Assembly: GCA_043808095.1 (NCBI GenBank)
Contig: JAZDFF010000015.1
Location: forward strand, 2,015-66,014
DNA: 64,000 nucleotides
Direction of reading: 5' to 3'
Origin: Candidatus Omnitrophota bacterium
Lineage (GTDB): Bacteria > Omnitrophota > Gorgyraeia > JAZDFF01
Positions 57,582 through 64,000 of the stretch are shown in pieces. Position 1 is the stretch's first letter; every line of letters starts with the position of its first letter. The translations under genes were made by a program, and so were the position numbers. The notes under the pieces are model-generated. The model was not told where the DNA came from and did no database searches. It was given only the letters and a program-made list of their open reading frames with translations.

Positions 57582-58710
57582 ATAAATTCAAAAAAATTTT
57601 AAAAGGCCGCAGGATATAACTGATATATGCCTTTAAATAAGATTTCGCAGGATAACGATATCTGAGTAATCCCTTATCCGGAAAAATATTGCTAATGAGC
57701 AATTTAATCAGGCTACCTGTTGTATCAAACATCAGGAATTGAACAAGATAGCTGACCTTGCCTAAATCTTCTTCCTGCCAGATATAGTCTTTTTTTAGAA
57801 TGCGGGAAATGACTTTCTTTTTTAACTTAGAGGGTGAGAATTTTTGTATAATTTCACCCTCTATCGGCGCACCTAAGATATCTTTACAATAACTCAGGCA
57901 ATAATAAATCATATTCTTTGTTCCCGATTCATTGGCGGTCTTTAATAATTTATCCCACGAAATGCTCTCTTTATAGACCTCAAGTATTCTTTTGATATCA
58001 TACAGCCAGATAATATTTTCGAAAAAATGAATCATGGTTAAATGCAAGGACAAATACAGGATATTATCTTCGACTGATAAACCCAGACAATCTAGACCTT
58101 CAATCTTAAAATTTACTGCTCGTCTGTAAAACATAATTTCGTCGATATTCAAAACTCTATTAAATTTATTATGTAGAACTTGCCAATGTATTTCTATAAG
58201 CAACTTGGCCGATAAAGTAAGACTGTCATCCCCATTTCGGCTATAAATGATAGAACCGAAGTCCCGTGTACTTATTTTATAACCCAGCCCTTCAAGACAT
58301 TTTTCAGTAATATCCAATTGCCCCGGCAATATCAGTATATCAATATCAATCATTGGCCTTAAACCGGGATTGTCCCCGTATACGCTATTTATAAGAGCTG
58401 TCCCTTTTAGAATAATTGACCTTATGCCTAATTTGTCTAGCGCCTTGAGTATTTTTGCCAATTCTCTAAGCGCAAGGGTATTTTGGGTTAGGACGCAATA
58501 ATAGTTGTTTTCGAGATCTTTCCTGATTAAATCAGGGACCGAAAGAAGCAAATTTGCCTTTTTTAAATTATAAAAGATAACAGTAGCTATGCCTTTCTTC
58601 TTAGCCAATCCCACAAGATAAGACCAATCTTCGTCTTTAACATTAGCTAAGGTATCTGGGTTTATTTTGCCGTTTAAAAGTTCTAAGATGATTTTTTTGG
58701 GAAGGTCCAT
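57556..58710 (-). CDS. nucleotidyltransferase family protein (NTP_transf_5-like)
   Basis: ILKGTAL, LRPMIDIDILI, IEIHW, WLYDI. Confidence 0.85.
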   Translation of the reverse strand: MDLPKKIILELLNGKINPDTLANVKDEDWSYLVGLAKKKGIATVIFYNLKKANLLLSVPDLIRKDLENNYYCVLTQNTLALRELAKILKALDKLGIRSIILKGTALINSVYGDNPGLRPMIDIDILILPGQLDITEKCLEGLGYKISTRDFGSIIYSRNGDDSLTLSAKLLIEIHWQVLHNKFNRVLNIDEIMFYRRAVNFKIEGLDCLGLSVEDNILYLSLHLTMIHFFENIIWLYDIKRILEVYKESISWDKLLKTANESGTKNMIYYCLSYCKDILGAPIEGEIIQKFSPSKLKKKVISRILKKDYIWQEEDLGKVSYLVQFLMFDTTGSLIKLLISNIFPDKGLLRYRYPAKSYLKAYISYILRPFKIFLNLSRNGKTVS

Positions 58711-58748
58711 TTATGGGATGATTTTAATAAACCTGAAAAGGCATTTTA

Positions 58749-58840
58749 AACGCTAATTTTCGCGAATCTAACGCTAATATTCGCGAATATTCACTCTATT
58801 ATTAGCGTAAATTCGCGTTTGATTAGCGAGAATTCGCGTT
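58749..58840. repeat. mirror array, CGC(G/T)AAT type
   Basis: AACGCTAATTTTCGCGAATCTAACGCTAATATTCGCGAAT followed by 4 reverse units. Confidence 0.8.
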
Positions 58841-58851
58841 CAAGAAGGTTT

Positions 58852-60600
58852 TTAGAGATCTCTTTGTAATTTTGCAAATTCTAAGTTTTTATATTCTAAC
58901 GAGTCGAGGAATTCTTTAGTGCTACTTATTATAATTTCATTCTGGCTTTTTAAGAAATAAACCCGATCAACAAAATTTAACATACTTAACCGATGCGAAA
59001 TAATTATGCAGGTAAGATTTTTTCTTTTGCCTAACAACTCTTCCAGTATCCTTGTCTCTGAGCTGACATCTAATGAAGAAAGTGCTTCATCAAGGATAAG
59101 TATGGCCGGCTTTTTGATGACCGCCCTGGCAATAGCAATACGTTGCTTCTGGCCTTCAGAAAGTAGAGTAGCATTCTCTCCTATCTTAGTATCATATTTC
59201 TGAGGCAATTCATTAATAAAACTATCGATACCGGTTAATTGTGCCACGCTCATTATTTCATCTTGCGTTGCATTCGGTTTTCCATATTTAATATTGTTTT
59301 CAACTGTATCGTTCCACAAAAATGGCTCCTGGAGGGCAATTCCAATCTGCTCGTAGAGCGCCTCAAACTTTATTTTTTCTAGATTATTGCCGTCAATAAA
59401 AATCTCGCCATTCTGTGGCTCAAATAACCTTAAAATTAGATTTATGATAGTGGTCTTACCGCATCCAGATGGCCCGATAAGGGCAATATGAGTCCCTGGC
59501 TCTATCCTAAAATTCATATTTTCCAGGATAGGCTTTTTATCGCCGTAGGCAAATCTAACCTCTTTAAAGACAATCTCGCCTTTAGTAAACTTAACCAGCG
59601 AGGCATCGGGACTTGCCTTTATCTGCGGCTCTTGACTTAAGATCTCATCTATCCTTGAACAAGAAAGTGTCCCCATAGCTACTTGCTGGAAAAAGTTGGC
59701 AAATCGTGATTGCAGGCCAAATAGTTGGTTGATATAAAGCATTATGGCGGTCAGGCTGCCGAAAGTTAGCCGGCCTTTAATCACCCAGTATCCTCCATAG
59801 AAAAAGATTATTCCGCTAACCAGGCGGGACATAACATTACCGCTAAAACTACTCATCGCCCCTAACTTCGTAGTCTTTTTGGATAATTTTAGATTAATGA
59901 TTAGTTGTCTTAAATAGGCCCTGAATTCATTTATCTCTTTTCCAAAAGCCTTGACTAACTGGATATGCGAAAAGACCTCAGCCAGGCGTTCGTATATGTC
60001 TTGAGAATTTTTAAAGAGTTCCTCATAGAGGGTTTTTAGCCTCTGCATAAAATAATAAGGCACAAAATATAAAAATGGAATCAAAAATAAAGATAATAGA
60101 GCGAGTTGCCTGTCCAGATAAAAGATAATTGCGAAGATAAACAAGGTGCGCGGCAAGATGGTTAAAATCTCTGAGAGCGATGAAGTAATAAAACTAATTA
60201 CCCTGTCTATATCATAACTAATCCTGTAGATATGCCCTCCGGTAGATTTTTCCTGGAAGAAGGAAAAGGAAAGTTTAGTTAAATGACCAAAGACCTTTTT
60301 ATGTAAGTCGAATCTTAACTTTAAATTCAGATAACTGCTAAGGTAGGTGGTTGCGGCATTGAGCAGTCCCGTCAATATAAACAATCCGCCCATGGATAAG
60401 CCGATAATGATAAAAAAGGTCGGGTCTTTGGCTAAGAGACCTTTATCAATAAGCAATTTGCTTAAATACGGGTTCGCCAGGCCAAAGACAACAGCTACTT
60501 CCCCTAAGACAATTACCAGAAGTTCTGTCTTCCAGTAAGGTAAGAGGAACTTGGCAAATTTTAGAAAAAGCCTGAGATCTTCTTTTTTAAGTTGCTGCAT
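58852..60600 (-). CDS. ABC exporter (TMD+NBD), no peptidase domain
   Basis: GPSGCGKT, variant signature LSEGQKQR, ILDEA. Confidence 0.9.
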   Translation of the reverse strand: MQQLKKEDLRLFLKFAKFLLPYWKTELLVIVLGEVAVVFGLANPYLSKLLIDKGLLAKDPTFFIIIGLSMGGLFILTGLLNAATTYLSSYLNLKLRFDLHKKVFGHLTKLSFSFFQEKSTGGHIYRISYDIDRVISFITSSLSEILTILPRTLFIFAIIFYLDRQLALLSLFLIPFLYFVPYYFMQRLKTLYEELFKNSQDIYERLAEVFSHIQLVKAFGKEINEFRAYLRQLIINLKLSKKTTKLGAMSSFSGNVMSRLVSGIIFFYGGYWVIKGRLTFGSLTAIMLYINQLFGLQSRFANFFQQVAMGTLSCSRIDEILSQEPQIKASPDASLVKFTKGEIVFKEVRFAYGDKKPILENMNFRIEPGTHIALIGPSGCGKTTIINLILRLFEPQNGEIFIDGNNLEKIKFEALYEQIGIALQEPFLWNDTVENNIKYGKPNATQDEIMSVAQLTGIDSFINELPQKYDTKIGENATLLSEGQKQRIAIARAVIKKPAILILDEALSSLDVSSETRILEELLGKRKNLTCIIISHRLSMLNFVDRVYFLKSQNEIIISSTKEFLDSLEYKNLEFAKLQRDL

Positions 60601-60697
60601 TTCGTCTATTTTATTAACGGATGCATACGCCTACCAACAAGGCAGACAGGGATTTCTGCGAATTCGCTTGTTTGACTATCTGATAAAGTTAAAGGGC

Positions 60698-60937
60698 TTA
60701 AGAAGATGCAAAGCCTGAGAACGTGGACTCGCCGTAATCACCGCGTGCCGCAGTGTCTACTCCGTACTTCCCCTTGATCAGTAAATCGCCCTGACACAAC
60801 GTCCTCAGCGAACTTAGCGCGAACACGCCTTCGACTATGAATCCGACCCCTGTATAGCACTGGCAGCTCAACACTGCCTGCTCAGGGTTAAGTTTTACCC
60901 GGGTGATTTCGGGTCTGAATTTAGGTCGTCTGGACAT
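60698..60937 (-). CDS. 79-aa putative RiPP precursor peptide
   Basis: GGAGGTG SD then MSRRPKFRPEITRVKLNPEQAVLSCQCYTG...; lies between radical SAM genes and an ABC exporter. Confidence 0.7.
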   Translation of the reverse strand: MSRRPKFRPEITRVKLNPEQAVLSCQCYTGVGFIVEGVFALSSLRTLCQGDLLIKGKYGVDTAARGDYGESTFSGFASS

Positions 60938-61027
60938 TGGTTCACCTCCATTTTTGAACACAAATTTTCACGAATTAATATACGAAAATTCTAAGATTTA
61001 TCGAATTTACACGAATAATTTTTGTTT

Positions 61028-61402
61028 TCAAAAGATGTGTCGTTTTATTTCTATTTTGTCTGACCCAAGGTTAACTAAGTAACCTAACTTATATTCAGAA
61101 CCCTTTAGATAATGATAAAGTTGTAACTCAAAAACTTTAGGCATATGCAAAACCGATTTCAACTCGACAACAATCTTATCCTCTATAATAAAATCGGGTT
61201 CATAAAAGCCAACTTCTTTACCTTCGTATTCAACCTTTAACCTTCTCTTTGAATTATATCTTATCTTTTGCTTATCAAACTCTATTTTTAACGCTTTATG
61301 ATAAATCTCTTCTTTATGTCCCGGTCCGAGTGTATTATAAACTTTATAAAAACAACCAACTAACTTGTACGATAATTCCTTATATAGTATTTTCTCGGGC
61401 AT
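61028..61402 (-). CDS. GxxExxY protein (PD-(D/E)XK nuclease fold)
   Basis: LGPGHKEEIY, EPDFIIEDKIVVELKS, GYLVNLG. Confidence 0.92.
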   Translation of the reverse strand: MPEKILYKELSYKLVGCFYKVYNTLGPGHKEEIYHKALKIEFDKQKIRYNSKRRLKVEYEGKEVGFYEPDFIIEDKIVVELKSVLHMPKVFELQLYHYLKGSEYKLGYLVNLGSDKIEIKRHIF

Positions 61403-61469
61403 ATATTCGTGTTAATTCGGCTTTTTATTCGTGTTAATTCGTGTCCAGATTCGTATTCATTCGAAAAAA

Positions 61470-62543
61470 TTAGTGAATATTCGTGCTTAAATGCGCCAAC
61501 TCGCAAAACCACTCCACCGGTTTCTCTAAACTGCCGGTTTCAAGATACGCTCTTCCAGGACAACTGAAACACATCTTTCTCAGGGAACAACTGCTACACC
61601 TTCCATTACTAGATGATCTCTGTATCCATACCCAGTCTAAAATCTGTTTTTGGGCCTCCTTGACTTCTTCTTTTAGCAAATTTATCTTCGGTTTTCTGAT
61701 ACAACTGCAAGGAAAGATATTGCCATAGGGATCGATGCTGATGCCATCGCCTCCTCCTATGGCACAACGGAACAACTTGGTATTTGGCCTGGGGTTTTTA
61801 TCATAAAGCCTGCGACCTGTTCCATCAGTTAATTTTTCACAATCCTCATCTCGTAACTTTTTTCTTCCATCCAAACTAAAAACCTCTTCTGGCTTTATGC
61901 GCAAATCACAGGGTGTTAACTCCTGGTTTAAACGGGCATGGATATAAGGACTGGGACGAAATTTTATCCCCAAATTCCTTATGAATCTTTTTACCTTTGG
62001 CATCTGGCCCAAATTCTCATTTATCACCATGGTCTTAATCTTGAGAGGAATATTTCGCTTCTTTATCATCTTTATACCTTCAATCGCCTTTTTAAATGAG
62101 CCTCTAACCTGTGTAATCTGCTCATAGACATTTTTTGTTATCGCATTTAGAGTAATTTCAATGACAAAGGGAGGCGATTTTGCTAAATAGTCGGCTATTT
62201 CTCTAGTCATAGAAAAGCCATTAGTAAAGATAGTGATGATAAAACCCTTATCTTTTGCGTAAGAGTAGATTTCTAAAAAGTCTTTTCTGGTCAAAGGGTC
62301 GCCTCCGGTAAAACAAAGCCAGATAATCCCATAATCTCTTACCTTATCCAACAAAGATTTTACCTGGCCAGTGGTCAGCTCCTTTTTTAAATATCGGGGT
62401 TTATTGTAACAATCACAGTAGCAATAGTTACAATGGAGCCCGCAGCCGAAGGTCAATTCAAACTGGCAGACATTGATGCGCTTTATGCGCCAATTAATCT
62501 TATGCGTCTTGAGACTAAAGTTCTTATACCGGATTTCTCTCAT
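61470..62543 (-). CDS. radical SAM/SPASM protein (peptide-maturase-like)
   Basis: CGLHCNYC, TGGDPL, full SPASM C..IDPYGNIFPC...CSSC....CFSCPG.......C. Confidence 0.9.
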   Translation of the reverse strand: MREIRYKNFSLKTHKINWRIKRINVCQFELTFGCGLHCNYCYCDCYNKPRYLKKELTTGQVKSLLDKVRDYGIIWLCFTGGDPLTRKDFLEIYSYAKDKGFIITIFTNGFSMTREIADYLAKSPPFVIEITLNAITKNVYEQITQVRGSFKKAIEGIKMIKKRNIPLKIKTMVINENLGQMPKVKRFIRNLGIKFRPSPYIHARLNQELTPCDLRIKPEEVFSLDGRKKLRDEDCEKLTDGTGRRLYDKNPRPNTKLFRCAIGGGDGISIDPYGNIFPCSCIRKPKINLLKEEVKEAQKQILDWVWIQRSSSNGRCSSCSLRKMCFSCPGRAYLETGSLEKPVEWFCELAHLSTNIH

Positions 62544-62594
62544 TTTGTATCGCTATAAATCATAGGTTAAGAATTTACCCTTAGCATTTTAAAT

Positions 62595-62901
62595 TTACCC
62601 GCCTTCGCAGAAAGCTACGACCGTAAGGCCATAGATGAATGCCAAGCGGGTAATCCGCCGAAGTCCGTCTTCGCTCAATTGCTTTCGCATTGAGCTTCGC
62701 CGAGATCCCGCCGAAGTCAAACACGTTAAGCGTTTGACGTAGGCGGACCAAAAACGAAAGTATTTTGGCGAAGGCGGATACTGCTTCGGCGGGTTTCGCC
62801 GAAGTTCTCCTTCGCTCTTTGAGCTTCGGAGAAATCTTGCCGAAGCCTTGGCGTAGGCAGACATGTGAAGATGCTATGGCCGTTAGGCCATAGAGCTTCA
62901 C
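62595..62901. mobile_element. stack of nested GC-rich REP-like hairpins with IS200/IS605-like ends
   Basis: Related hairpins CTACGACCGTAAGGCCATAG (left) and CTATGGCCGTTAGGCCATAG-AGCTTCAC (right); many CGAAG/CTTCG units inside. Confidence 0.5.
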
Positions 62902-64000
62902 TAAATATCTTTAATCTCTAAAGCATGTTTTTTAAATAATTTTTCTCTATCTTCTTTTATGAGAGATAAAATACTGCCGGGAACGATGGAATGATCATAT
63001 TTTTTATATAGATATTGGGCAAGACTTAACCAAGAATTAGCGAGTTTTGCCAAAATTACCATAATTTTAATGCTACCATTCTCTATCTTTTTTATTTTAT
63101 CAAAAGATAGCCCTTGTTCCTCTGTCACTTTTAACCAACTTTCTAATATTCCTGTGGGGGATATATCCAAATCTTTGACTATGCCATAAAACGATTCCTT
63201 AAATAACCCGCGGTTTATGAGGATGCTGACGGTCTGTTCTAATTTCATAGTCTTTTTTAAATCTTTAGCTGAATAAGTATCACTTTTATACGCATAATAA
63301 GGAGGATTTCTATCGTATCTGATTTTAAACCGTGCTGCTAATGGACGCAGATTTGTTCCCGGTAACATCATAAGCCTTTCTATCTGAAAATTCGGCGGAC
63401 GCAACCTAAATAAAAAGTCTAAAGAGGTAGAGAATGTACGGTAATTATCCTGCGGTAGGCTCGCTATGAGCTGGATCTGATAAAATAGACGCTTTTTATT
63501 TAAGAGTAAAATATTATTTCTAAATAAACTGGGGCTGAAACTTCTGTTCATCAATTTTAATGCCTCTTTGTTAGTGGACTGGACCCCTATTTCGATAAAA
63601 TTTGCCCTGGCTTTATGCAATAGCTCTACCATTTGTCTATCCAATAATTCTGCCCTCAGTTCAACGTGTAACCTTGAATTTTTATTATGCCTTATGAAGA
63701 TTTTAAGAATCTCTTTTGCCCTTTTCCTATCAAAATTAAAGGTCGGGTCCATCAGATAAATAGTGCCAGGGTCTTTTTTAAGTATAAATTCAAATTCTTC
63801 CTCTATTCTTTCTAAGGAAAAATAACGTAAATTTTTAAAACCTTTATGATAATAGCAATAATTACATTTAAAGGCGCATCCTCTCATTGTCTCAACGGGA
63901 TATTCATCTTTTGGCACTATGTCTATTAACCTTTCTAAATACGGGGAAGGGATAATATTTAAATTAGATAAATCCTGCCCTTGTTTATTAAAAATTATTC
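62901..64000 (-). CDS. B12-binding-type radical SAM enzyme, 5' end outside window
   Basis: Frame open to the window edge (…NLNIIPSPYL…ETMRGCAFKCNYC), EIGVQS, LPGT. Confidence 0.85.
   Translation of the reverse strand, partial: IIFNKQGQDLSNLNIIPSPYLERLIDIVPKDEYPVETMRGCAFKCNYCYYHKGFKNLRYFSLERIEEEFEFILKKDPGTIYLMDPTFNFDRKRAKEILKIFIRHNKNSRLHVELRAELLDRQMVELLHKARANFIEIGVQSTNKEALKLMNRSFSPSLFRNNILLLNKKRLFYQIQLIASLPQDNYRTFSTSLDFLFRLRPPNFQIERLMMLPGTNLRPLAARFKIRYDRNPPYYAYKSDTYSAKDLKKTMKLEQTVSILINRGLFKESFYGIVKDLDISPTGILESWLKVTEEQGLSFDKIKKIENGSIKIMVILAKLANSWLSLAQYLYKKYDHSIVPGSILSLIKEDREKLFKKHALEIKDI

Noticed and set aside
57556-60937. Classical lasso peptide cluster
   Set aside because: No asparagine-synthetase-like cyclase or B2 peptidase is visible; cannot be excluded beyond the window edge
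1936-61485. Short-motif arrays as CRISPR arrays
   Set aside because: Units are 6-9 bp, degenerate and mirror-symmetric; there are no 23-47 bp repeats with unique spacers and no cas genes

Overview
Bacterial chromosomal segment, almost all on the minus strand. It comes from a diderm, lipid A-making organism; the gene set and intergenic repeat style suggest Omnitrophota/PVC, which is inference only. (1) 1-15 kb is housekeeping: PGI/PMI (partial), ptsI, HPr, EIIA, three tRNAs (Gly, Leu, Lys), frr-pyrH-tsf-rpsB, msbA, gnnA-like/lpxB, aminotransferase, Lrp, GxxExxY and nadE. (2) 15.2-56.5 kb is a ~41 kb Wzx/Wzy-type surface polysaccharide locus rich in tailoring enzymes (3 radical SAM, 6 methyltransferases, 2 DegT aminotransferases, WbqC, PIG-L, SGNH). 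It is bracketed by two Wzc kinases and four ExeA-like AAA+ ATPases, one fused to HD-GYP, plus two 'false start' ExeA stubs. (3) 57.5-64 kb looks like a RiPP cluster: B12-type and SPASM radical SAM enzymes, a 79-aa Cys-containing precursor candidate, an ABC exporter and a nucleotidyltransferase. Most of the longer intergenic spacers hold a mirror-symmetric array of a short motif, often with GC-rich REP-like hairpins nested inside. Two such arrays enclose GxxExxY nuclease genes and one encloses an FkbM gene, which suggests a GxxExxY-associated family of mobile palindromic elements. No database searches were run; all calls come from motif recognition.
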